Source of the DNA: Corallococcus exiguus
GTDB taxonomy: Bacteria; Myxococcota; Myxococcia; Myxococcales; Myxococcaceae
Assembly (NCBI RefSeq): GCF_965139275.1
Contig: NZ_CBCSLE010000005.1
Length of the DNA: 64,000 nucleotides
Strand: one strand, 5' to 3'
Each line of letters opens with the position of its first letter. Within the stretch, counting starts at the first letter, position 1. The position numbers and the translations under genes are program-made. The notes beneath the pieces were generated by a model, which searched no databases, had not been told where the DNA came from, and saw only the letters and a list, made by a program, of their open reading frames with translations. Shown here in pieces: positions 37,479-46,682 of the stretch.

Positions 37479-38552
37479 CTAGTCCAGCCCCCGCTCCCAC
37501 AGGTCGTCTTCATCCAGACCCATCAAGTGACCGACTTCGTGCATCACCGTGATGCCAATCTGTTCGATGAGTTCCTCGCGGGTGCGTGCGAAGCGCTCCA
37601 GGTTCTTCTGGTACAGCACGATGGAGGGCGGGAAGTGATCCGCCGCGTCCATCACGCTGCGCTCGCCCACGGGCGTGCCCCGGAACACCCCCAGGATGCA
37701 CGGTGACAGTGGCGGCTGCTGACCCAGCAGGTCCTCATCCGACGGCAGGTCCTCCACCGCCAGCGTCACGTTGTCCATGTACTGCTTCACCTGGGAGGGC
37801 AGGGCGCGCATCGCGTCCTCCACCGCGCGGTCGAACGCCGCCTCCTCCAGGGCCACCGGCGGCGGCAGCTCCTCCGGGGCCAGCGCCTGCGCCCGGGAGA
37901 AGCGCTTCTTCGCCTCCTTCGCATCCTGGCGCCGCTCCGCGACCAGCCCCAGGTAGTGGTGCGCCCAGGCCTCGTCCGGCGCGTCCTTCAACACCCGCTC
38001 GAAGGCCTCCTGCGCGGGCGCGAAGCGGCACAACTCGAACAGCGCGATGCCCCGCTCCAGCTGCGCGTCCGTCGAGCGCGGCATGTGCGTCAGCGCCTGG
38101 TCCAGGATTTTCAGCGCGGACTCACATTCCCCCAGCTGGTTGAGGCCCATGCCCTCCAGGAGGAGGAACTCGTAGACGAGCTCCACGTCATCGGCCCGCT
38201 GCGCCAGCTTCCGCCCGCGGCCGCACCACTCCAGCCCTTCCTCCACCGCCTCGCGGTCCTCGCCGGTGCGGCAAACGAGGAACTCCGCCGCGCCAAAGAG
38301 GATCTCCAGGTCTTCCGGGGCCATCTTGAGGGCGGCGCCATAGGCCTTGCCCGCGTCCTCCAGGCGACCCACCTCCACCAGCGCGGCGGCCCGGTAGTGC
38401 AGGGCTTCTGGTGAGTCCGGAACGTCCCGGAGCAGGGCGTCGGCGCTGGTGAGCGCGGCCTCGAAGTCCCGCGCCTCGAAGGCGTCAGCGAGCCCCTCCA
38501 GCCGCGCGTCCACGCCTCGCGCCTCCCCTTGCTTCGCCATGCGCTTCGCCAT
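37479..38552 (-). CDS. TPR-repeat protein with C-terminal zincin-like metallopeptidase domain
   Basis: TPR-like helices in N-terminal 250 aa. C-terminal GITVMHEVGHLMGLDEDDL HExxH-type motif. Confidence 0.65.
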   Translation of the reverse strand: MAKRMAKQGEARGVDARLEGLADAFEARDFEAALTSADALLRDVPDSPEALHYRAAALVEVGRLEDAGKAYGAALKMAPEDLEILFGAAEFLVCRTGEDREAVEEGLEWCGRGRKLAQRADDVELVYEFLLLEGMGLNQLGECESALKILDQALTHMPRSTDAQLERGIALFELCRFAPAQEAFERVLKDAPDEAWAHHYLGLVAERRQDAKEAKKRFSRAQALAPEELPPPVALEEAAFDRAVEDAMRALPSQVKQYMDNVTLAVEDLPSDEDLLGQQPPLSPCILGVFRGTPVGERSVMDAADHFPPSIVLYQKNLERFARTREELIEQIGITVMHEVGHLMGLDEDDLWERGLD

Positions 38553-38640
38553 TCGGGCCGGCAGCTAAGAAGCCGTCCTTCGCGTTGTCAACGACCGGCG
38601 TCGCTGTTACCTTCCAGCGCCCCGTTTTGGCCCGAACCCC

Positions 38641-38997
38641 GTGAACATCCTGGTCGTCGACGACGATTACGAGCTGTGCACCATGCTCTCTCGCTACCTG
38701 GAGATGCATGGCTACACCGTGTTCTCGGCGTCGGACGCGCTCCAGGCCCTGGACATCATGGAGCGTCACCCCGTGGGGCTGGTCATCACCGACTACCTGA
38801 TGCCCCACCTGGACGGCATCCACTTCACGGAGATGCTGAAGGCGGACCCCCGCTTCCAGCGCATCTCCGTCCTGATGATGACCGCCAGCACGGACGCCAA
38901 CATCTCCGACCGGGGCCTGCGCAAGGGCGTCGCCATCACCCTGCAGAAGCCCCTGGACATGGGGCAGCTGCTCAACCTCGTGCGCTTCGCGGAGTAG
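38641..38997 (+). CDS. Single-domain CheY-like response regulator
   Basis: GTG start. ILVVDDD...DLVITDYLMPHLDG...KP receiver signature. Confidence 0.8.
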   Translation: MNILVVDDDYELCTMLSRYLEMHGYTVFSASDALQALDIMERHPVGLVITDYLMPHLDGIHFTEMLKADPRFQRISVLMMTASTDANISDRGLRKGVAITLQKPLDMGQLLNLVRFAE

Positions 38998-39074
38998 GGC
39001 CTTCCCGGGCGGCCCGGGCCCCCCACCCGGGCGGGCCAGTAGGCGTCCTCAGGCCCACACGTCTGCCCCTTTCC

Positions 39075-39128
39075 GTTGACATCGTCGATGCGGCCCTTAT
39101 GTTGGCGCTCGACATGGCCGAGTGCTAA
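39075..39128 (+). promoter_or_regulatory. groEL promoter (TTGACA-16-TATGTT) overlapping a CIRCE-like HrcA operator TTGGCGCTC-N9-GAGTGCTAA
   Basis: -35 TTGACA 39075-39080, -10 TATGTT 39097-39102. Inverted repeat 39102-39128 matches the CIRCE consensus TTAGCACTC-N9-GAGTGCTAA at 16/18 positions. GGAGG RBS at 39166. Confidence 0.55.
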
Positions 39129-40820
<1,692 letters not shown>

Positions 40821-40855
40821 GCCGACGTAACGGCTCCGTAGCTTCGTAGGGTTTC

Positions 40856-40907
40856 CGGCCCCGGTGGGCTCCGCGAAAGCGGGGCGCCCGGGGCCGGAGT
40901 CTTTTTC
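40856..40907 (+). terminator. Rho-independent terminator after groEL (CCGGCCCCGG...CCGGGGCCGG hairpin + TCTTTTT)
   Basis: GC-rich inverted repeat 40856-40898 followed by a T-run 40901-40906. The T-run overlaps the stop codon of the convergent histidine kinase gene. Confidence 0.5.
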
Positions 40908-42435
40908 AGGAAGCGGTCTTCTTGAAGGCCAGGCCCAGCTCGCGGCTGAGCGCCGTGGTGTCGGAGAGCAGCTTGGGCAGGCACGCGGCGGCCCCGGCGC
41001 GCAGCGACGCCAGCGCCGTGTCCATGGTGAGGTGCTCGGCCAGGACGACGAAGGGCGCGCCCTGGCTCAGGGCCCGGGCCAGCTCCAGCGCCTTCTTGCC
41101 GTAGGCCGGCGCGAAGTCCCAAGACACCACCACGCCCATGGGCGGCTCCATGGTGGCCACCTCCGCGCCCGCGACGACGCGCGCCTCCAGGCCCAGCAGC
41201 GTCAGCGCCTCTGAAATCAGCCGCGCGGTGGCCGGGTTGTCCTCCAGCACGTCCACCCGGCGCACGCCAGCGCTGGGGGCGGGGACAGGCGGCGCGGCCG
41301 GTGTGTACAGCGCCTGCCGCAACAGCGCGCGCACCTGGCGGATGTCGTCGAAGGGCTTGAGCAGGTAGTCCACCAGGCCCAGCTGCAGCGCCTGCTGCGT
41401 CGTCACCAGCGAGGGGTAGCCCGTCATCAGGATGACGCGCGACGCGGGATCCAGCTTCCGCGCGTGCTGGGCCAGCTCCAGGCCGGAGATTCCGGGCAGG
41501 TTCTTGTCCGTGACGATGAGGTCCACGCGCGACGAGCGGAGGATTTCGAGCGCGGCCTCGCCCGTGGCCGCTTCAATGACTTCGCACTCCTTGTCCATCA
41601 GGTCCTTGAAGACCATCCGGATGATGCCCTCGTCGTCCACCACCAGCAGGCGCTTGCGCGGCGGGCGCGGCGCGTCCGTGGGCGGGAAGAGCACGCGGAA
41701 CACGGTGGCCGGGGGCGGCACTTCGCGCAGCGTCGTGGGCGGCACCAGGGCAATCTGCGCGTGGTGCTCCTGCGCGATGCGACGACAGACGGCGAGCCCC
41801 AGGCCCGTGCCGCGTTTGCTGGCGGAGACGTAGGGCTCGAAGATGCGCGTCTTCAGCTCGTCCGGGATGCCCGGTCCCCAGTCGGACACGTAGAGGGCAG
41901 CGGAGGCGCCATCGCGCGTGAGCGTCACCTTCACGCGGCCCCGGCCGGACATGGCATCGCGGGCGTTGTTGAGCAGGTTGAGCGTGAGCTGCTCAATCAG
42001 CCGCGCGTTGCCCTGGATGGTCAGGTCCTCGGGGGCCTCCACCTCCAGTGAGATGCGCGCCGAGTCCGGGTTGACGCTGAACACCTTCGCCGCCGCCCAG
42101 ATGGGCGCGGCCAGGGACAGCCGCTGCTGCGGGGCCGGCCGCTCGCTGGCCAGGCGGATGAAGTCGGAGACAATCTGCTCCATCCGCTCCACCTGCGCGA
42201 GCAGCAGCTTCAGCGGGCCGCTGGAGCCTCCTTCCTCGGCGAGCAGCTGGGCGTAGGCCTTCGCGCCCAGCAGGGGCTGGCGCAGCTCGTGGAGGACCTC
42301 CGCGGCGACCTGATGGGTGTGGGCGTTGGCGCGTTGCAGCGCCACGGCCGCGACCCGTGCCTTCTCCAGGTCCCCCGCGTCCAGGGCCTGGAGCAGCTGC
42401 GCGAGCGGCGAGGGGGTCTCCATGCGCGGGAGCAT
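40906..42435 (-). CDS. Hybrid sensor histidine kinase (HisKA-HATPase-REC-REC-like), cytoplasmic
   Basis: H-box HELRQPL, N/G-box LNLLNNARDAM...SDWGPGIPDE...GTGLGLAV, then receiver LLVVDDEGIIR...DLIVTDKNLPGISG. No TM segments. Confidence 0.85.
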   Translation of the reverse strand: MLPRMETPSPLAQLLQALDAGDLEKARVAAVALQRANAHTHQVAAEVLHELRQPLLGAKAYAQLLAEEGGSSGPLKLLLAQVERMEQIVSDFIRLASERPAPQQRLSLAAPIWAAAKVFSVNPDSARISLEVEAPEDLTIQGNARLIEQLTLNLLNNARDAMSGRGRVKVTLTRDGASAALYVSDWGPGIPDELKTRIFEPYVSASKRGTGLGLAVCRRIAQEHHAQIALVPPTTLREVPPPATVFRVLFPPTDAPRPPRKRLLVVDDEGIIRMVFKDLMDKECEVIEAATGEAALEILRSSRVDLIVTDKNLPGISGLELAQHARKLDPASRVILMTGYPSLVTTQQALQLGLVDYLLKPFDDIRQVRALLRQALYTPAAPPVPAPSAGVRRVDVLEDNPATARLISEALTLLGLEARVVAGAEVATMEPPMGVVVSWDFAPAYGKKALELARALSQGAPFVVLAEHLTMDTALASLRAGAAACLPKLLSDTTALSRELGLAFKKTAS

Positions 42436-42591
42436 GGCGGAGGCAGGTGTTCACGCGCAACGCACCCCCAGCGGGATTCGGTTGACCGCGCTCGCGACCG
42501 AACGGATGCTCGCGCACGTCCTCCAGCCCGGCCTGACGGAACGTCGTTGCCCGCTCGCCTGTTGGGGACTCTCCCTGTCGCTGAGGTCCTC

Positions 42592-42981
42592 ATGCCGCAG
42601 ACGAACCCGTTCCACTCGCTGGTGCCCCGGAAGCTGACGGACTCCGAACTGGCCCGCTCCATCCGGCTCAACATCGAGGCGGAGCTGGACGCCATCAACC
42701 TCTACGCCGCGCACCTGGACGCGACGGACAACGAGGAGGCGAAGGCCATCCTGCGGCACGTCATGGACGAGGAGCGCGAGCACGCGGCCCTCTTCTGGCA
42801 GCTCATCGCGCGGTTGGATCCGGAGCAGGCCCAGCACGACCGCGAGGCGTCGCAGAAGTACCGCCTCATCACCACCGGCGCGTCTCACGAAGAGGTGGAG
42901 GCGGTGGGCGAGGGCGGCGGCGGCGTGCCCGCGGAAGTGGAGCTGCCCAAGCACCTCACCGTGGGCAGCCTGCGCAAGTAG
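42592..42981 (+). CDS. Ferritin-like (rubrerythrin-fold) encapsulin cargo protein with C-terminal targeting peptide (EncC-like)
   Basis: Real frame inside tracked ORF 42289..42981. ATG 42592 with GAGG upstream. ExxH-type di-iron motifs (EAELDAINLYAAHLD...DEEREHAALFWQ). C-terminal ..KHLTVGSLRK resembles the LTVGSLR encapsulin-targeting peptide of Myxococcus EncB/C/D cargos. Confidence 0.65.
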   Translation: MPQTNPFHSLVPRKLTDSELARSIRLNIEAELDAINLYAAHLDATDNEEAKAILRHVMDEEREHAALFWQLIARLDPEQAQHDREASQKYRLITTGASHEEVEAVGEGGGGVPAEVELPKHLTVGSLRK

Positions 42982-42995
42982 CGCGCGTCCGGCGT

Positions 42996-44384
42996 TCAGC
43001 CCTGGCCCTGCGGGGGCGGGGGATTCTGACGGCGCTCGGCCGGGGTGGCTTCCAGGTCCTGCGCCGCCATGTAGACGACGTTCCGGGTGCCGCGCTTGCC
43101 CCGGTACATGGCCCGGTCGGACAGGTCCAGCAGGTGGTCCTTGTCCTGGGCGTGCTCCGGGAAGCTGGCCACGCCGATGCAGGTGGTGAGCTTGAGCGCC
43201 AGCCCCTCGCGGCCCAGGAACTGATGGGTCTCCATGGTGCGGCGGATGCGCTCGGCGACCTTGAGGGCCCCGCCGGAGTCCGTGCCGCGCAGGAGCACCA
43301 CGTACTCGTCACCGCCGAAGCGCGCCACCACGTCCGGGTCGCGCACGCAGCCCTTGAGCACGCGCGCGGCCTCCACCAGCACGCGCGAGCCCACCAGGTG
43401 CCCGTGCGTGTCGTTGATGGCCTTGAAGCGGTCCAGGTCCAGGAACAGCAGGGAGAAGGGGCGCTCCGTCTGCAGGGCCTCGTTCACCTCGCGGTCCAGC
43501 ACCAGGTGCAGGTAGCGCGTGTTGAACAGGCGGGTGAGATCATCGACGTAGGCCAGGTCCTCCACGGCGGCGAAGCGGCCCAGGTTGCGCAGGGCCAGCG
43601 CCCAGTTGCGCACGAGGAAGCCCACGGTCTCCGCGTGGTGCTCCGCGGGCGCGTTGTCGTGGAAGAGCACCGCGTGGCCCAGCACCAGCTCGCCGTCCAC
43701 GGCGGGGAAGGAGAGGGTGCGCGGCCAGGGAACTTGAAGTCCGTCGAGCTCCACCTGCGTGCGCGTGCCCGAAAGCCGCTCGATGAGCAGCGGGACGAGC
43801 GCCTCGTGCAGGTCCACCGGCAGCCCGCGCATGCCGTGCGAGCGGAAGCCCGTGCCGCCGGGGTCCCGCTCCAGGAGCATCACCGCGGAGGCGTTGGCCA
43901 TGGACTCCAGCGCGTCGGACGCGGCCGTGGACAGCCGCTCGCGGTCGAGCGTGGTGGCGATGCGCTGGCCCGCCTCCAGCAGCGCGACGTGCTGGCGCAG
44001 GGACGCGTTCTCACGCATCAGGTCGCGCGTGGTGAGCGCGCGGCGCAGCGCGTGCTCCAGGGCCTCCGGCGCCACGGGCTTGACCAGGTACTCCGCCGCG
44101 CCGCTCTTGATGGCGCGCACCGCGGGGGCCACCTTGTCCAGGCCGGTGATGACCAGCACCTCCACGCCGGGGTAGCGCTCGCGCACGTGGCGAAGCACCT
44201 CCATGCCGTCGCCGCCGGGGAGGATGAGGTCCGTCACCACCGCGTCGAACCGCGCCGCGGAGAGGGCTGCCTTCGCGTCCGCCACGGTGGGCACCGCCGT
44301 GACCAGGTGTCCCGCGGCCGTGAGGTAGTCGCCGTAGAGATTGCGGGCGATCTTTTCGTCGTCGACGAGGAGCAGTCGCGCCAT
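42996..44384 (-). CDS. Response regulator with GGDEF diguanylate-cyclase output domain (REC-linker-GGDEF)
   Basis: MARLLLVDDEKIAR...VVTDLILPGGDG receiver. C-terminal RFGGDEYVVLL GGDEF A-site with upstream RxxD-like context. Confidence 0.85.
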   Translation of the reverse strand: MARLLLVDDEKIARNLYGDYLTAAGHLVTAVPTVADAKAALSAARFDAVVTDLILPGGDGMEVLRHVRERYPGVEVLVITGLDKVAPAVRAIKSGAAEYLVKPVAPEALEHALRRALTTRDLMRENASLRQHVALLEAGQRIATTLDRERLSTAASDALESMANASAVMLLERDPGGTGFRSHGMRGLPVDLHEALVPLLIERLSGTRTQVELDGLQVPWPRTLSFPAVDGELVLGHAVLFHDNAPAEHHAETVGFLVRNWALALRNLGRFAAVEDLAYVDDLTRLFNTRYLHLVLDREVNEALQTERPFSLLFLDLDRFKAINDTHGHLVGSRVLVEAARVLKGCVRDPDVVARFGGDEYVVLLRGTDSGGALKVAERIRRTMETHQFLGREGLALKLTTCIGVASFPEHAQDKDHLLDLSDRAMYRGKRGTRNVVYMAAQDLEATPAERRQNPPPPQGQG

Positions 44385-44445
44385 GACTGTTCAGGGCTTA
44401 GCACCCAACGCTGGAAGGCTGCTAGGGTCCCGGGCCGTGCCCTTT

Positions 44446-45249
44446 GAAAGCGGACGGCGGCTCTGCCTGCTGGTGGAGGCCGGAGAGACGCGCTACGCGG
44501 TGGAGGCCACCTCCGTCATCGAGGTCGCGATGCCGGGCGCTCGCGGCGCGAGTCTGCGCGGCGTACTGGAAGTGAAGGACCTCGCCGCGTTGCTCGGCGG
44601 CCTGCCTGAGGAAGTGCCGGGCATGGTGGTGGTCCTGGACGTCAGCCCCACGCTCGCGGTGCGGGTGCGCGCCGTGGTGGAGGTCGCGGACGTCGCGAGG
44701 GATCCGTTCTTCCTGCTGCCTCCGGGCCTGGCGGACTCGCTGGCGCCGCTGAGCCGGGGCGCGGTGCTGCACAAGGACCGGCTGTACCTGGAGCTCATCG
44801 TGGAGGCGCTGCCGCACCGGGCGGGCCCCCGGGCGACCCCGCCGGAGCCCCGGCCCGTGCACTATGCGGACGCGCCCCCGGAGCGGGCGCTGGTGCTGGA
44901 GTCCCAGGGGGTGCTGTTCGGCGTCCCGCTGGGTTGCGTCTCCCAGGTGGTACCCCGGGGCGAGGCGTTCAGCGTGCTCCCGGTGCAGAGCGGGCCGGTG
45001 GCGGGCGTCTATCCCCACGCGCAGGCGCTATGGCCCATCTGTTCGATTCCAGCGCTGCTGGGTGCGCCGGCCCAGGCGGAGGAGCTGTTCGTCCTCACGG
45101 AACTGGCGGGGCGGAACGTGGGGCTGGCGGCCACCCGGGTGCTTGGTGTGCTGCAGAAGTTCAAGCCGGCCGAGCTTCCCGGAACGTTCCGGGCGCCGGG
45201 GCTGCCGGATCCGGTGATGTTACTGGACCTGCAGCGCATGTTTTCTTGA
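44446..45249 (+). CDS. CheW-like domain protein
   Basis: Two CheW-like segments (RRLCLLVEAGETRYAVEATSVIEV...; ALVLESQGVLFGVPLGCVSQVV). Tracked ATG 44383 would overlap the divergent GGDEF gene start by 2 nt, so an in-frame GTG at 44446 is preferred. Start uncertain. Confidence 0.55.
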   Translation, partial: ESGRRLCLLVEAGETRYAVEATSVIEVAMPGARGASLRGVLEVKDLAALLGGLPEEVPGMVVVLDVSPTLAVRVRAVVEVADVARDPFFLLPPGLADSLAPLSRGAVLHKDRLYLELIVEALPHRAGPRATPPEPRPVHYADAPPERALVLESQGVLFGVPLGCVSQVVPRGEAFSVLPVQSGPVAGVYPHAQALWPICSIPALLGAPAQAEELFVLTELAGRNVGLAATRVLGVLQKFKPAELPGTFRAPGLPDPVMLLDLQRMFS

Positions 45250-45366
45250 TCGGCCCAACGCGCGAATCCTAAGCTTCTCCGATTGACACAGGGCGTGCAG
45301 GCAGGCTTGCTCGCCCGAAATCTCAAACGAATTCAGGGGGGTATGCGCCCCCCGAGGCCGGAGCCG

Positions 45367-46629
45367 ATGCCCAAGAATCTACTGATCGCCGACGACTCGC
45401 TCACCATCCGCAAGGTGATCGGGATGATCTTCGCGACGGAAGACTTCCAGGTGACCGCGGTGGACAACGGGCTGGACGCCATCTCCCGCACGCGCGAGCT
45501 GCGTCCGGACGTGGTGCTCGCCGACGTGATGATGCCGGGCAAGAGCGGCTACGAGGTCTGCGAGGCGCTCAAGGGCGACCCCTCCACGCAGGCCATCCCG
45601 GTGCTGCTGCTCGCCGGCACCTTCGAGGCGTTCGACGAGAACCGCGCGAAGGCCGCCCGGGCGGATGACCACATCACCAAGCCCTTCGAGAGCCAGATCC
45701 TCCTCGACAAGGTGAAGGCGCTGGTGGGCCAGAAGTCCAACACGATGCCCGCGTCCGCCGCGACGCGCATTCTGCCCCAGACCTCCGCCCCGAGCGCTCC
45801 GGTCAGCGCGCCGCCCGCCGCCGCCGTGCCGCCGGGTGCGCGTCCCGCGGGTGCGCCGCCTCCGGGCGCCATGCCGCCGGGTGCGCGTCCTCCTCCGGGT
45901 GCGCCGCCTCCGGGCGCGCGTCCTCCGGGCGCCGGTGTGCCTCCTCCTCCGGGTGCGGCGCGTCCGCTGCCGGGCGCTGTTCCTCCGGGCGCGCGTCCTC
46001 CGGGTGCGCCGCCTCCGGGCGCCATGCCGCCGGGTGCGCGTCCTCCGCCGGGTGCGCCGCCTCCGGGCATGGGCGCGCGTCCTCCGGGTGCGCCGCCTCC
46101 GGGCGCCATGCCGCCGGGTGCGCGTCCTCCTCCGGGTGCCGTGCCTCCGGGCGCGCGTCCGCCGGGTGCGCCGCCTCCGGGCATGGCCGCGCGTCCTCCG
46201 GGCCCTGGCGCCCCGAACATCCCGGGCGGCTTCCCGCGTCCTCCGGGCGCCGCGCCGCTGCCGTCCGCGCCCCCGCCCGCCGCGGTGCCTCCGGCCGCCC
46301 GTGCCCGGGATCCGTTCGGGCTGGGTGCTCCGGCCGCCCCTCCCGCGGCGCAGGCCCGCACGGAGAGCATCCGCATCGAGGACTCGCTGCCCGAGCCCAG
46401 CGGCGCGGAGGAGATCTCCCTGGACATCGGCGGTCCCTCGCCGGCGACTCCGCCCGCGCGCGCCCGTCCGGCCGCGGATGGCGGAGAGGCGCTGCTTCGC
46501 GAGGCGCTGTCGAAGGCGTCCCGCGAGGTCATCGAGAAGATTGCCTGGGAGGTCGTTCCGCAGCTGGCGGAGACCATCATCCGGGAAGAGCTGGAGCGGC
46601 TCATCAAGGACCGCGAGACCCAGCATTGA
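45367..46629 (+). CDS. romR: RomR-type polarity response regulator (REC + Pro-rich repeat linker + conserved acidic C-terminal domain)
   Basis: MPKNLLIADDSLTIRKV...DVVLADVMMPGKSG receiver. About 230-aa PPGARPPGA repeat region. C-terminal EALLREALSKASREVIEKIAWEVVPQLAETIIREELERL. Matches the RomR architecture known from M. xanthus. Confidence 0.8.
   Translation: MPKNLLIADDSLTIRKVIGMIFATEDFQVTAVDNGLDAISRTRELRPDVVLADVMMPGKSGYEVCEALKGDPSTQAIPVLLLAGTFEAFDENRAKAARADDHITKPFESQILLDKVKALVGQKSNTMPASAATRILPQTSAPSAPVSAPPAAAVPPGARPAGAPPPGAMPPGARPPPGAPPPGARPPGAGVPPPPGAARPLPGAVPPGARPPGAPPPGAMPPGARPPPGAPPPGMGARPPGAPPPGAMPPGARPPPGAVPPGARPPGAPPPGMAARPPGPGAPNIPGGFPRPPGAAPLPSAPPPAAVPPAARARDPFGLGAPAAPPAAQARTESIRIEDSLPEPSGAEEISLDIGGPSPATPPARARPAADGGEALLREALSKASREVIEKIAWEVVPQLAETIIREELERLIKDRETQH
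45830..46260 (+). repeat. Coding tandem repeats (about 27-30 bp units, CCGCCGGGTGCGCGTCCTCCTCCGGGTGCG-like) specifying the PPGARPPGA linker of RomR
   Basis: Highly similar nucleotide units recur more than 12 times. Mirrored as a repetitive antisense ORF in the track. Confidence 0.6.
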
Positions 46630-46682
46630 TTCGCAGTCCCCTCTGATTCCCCGCCGGCCCCGTCGGGGGCCGGCCGCTTGCA

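Noticed and set aside
44341-44445. ATG 44383 as start of the CheW-like gene (tracked ORF starts at 44341)
   Set aside because: Would overlap the divergently transcribed REC-GGDEF gene start (44384) by 2 nt, leaving no promoter space. An in-frame GTG at 44446 is more plausible, but the start remains uncertain.
45830-46260. CRISPR array suspected from regularly spaced repeats
   Set aside because: Repeats are contiguous, in-frame coding repeats of the RomR Pro-rich linker with no unique spacers and no cas genes. The same applies to the repeats at 49840-50165 (ValS tail) and inside the Kelch genes.
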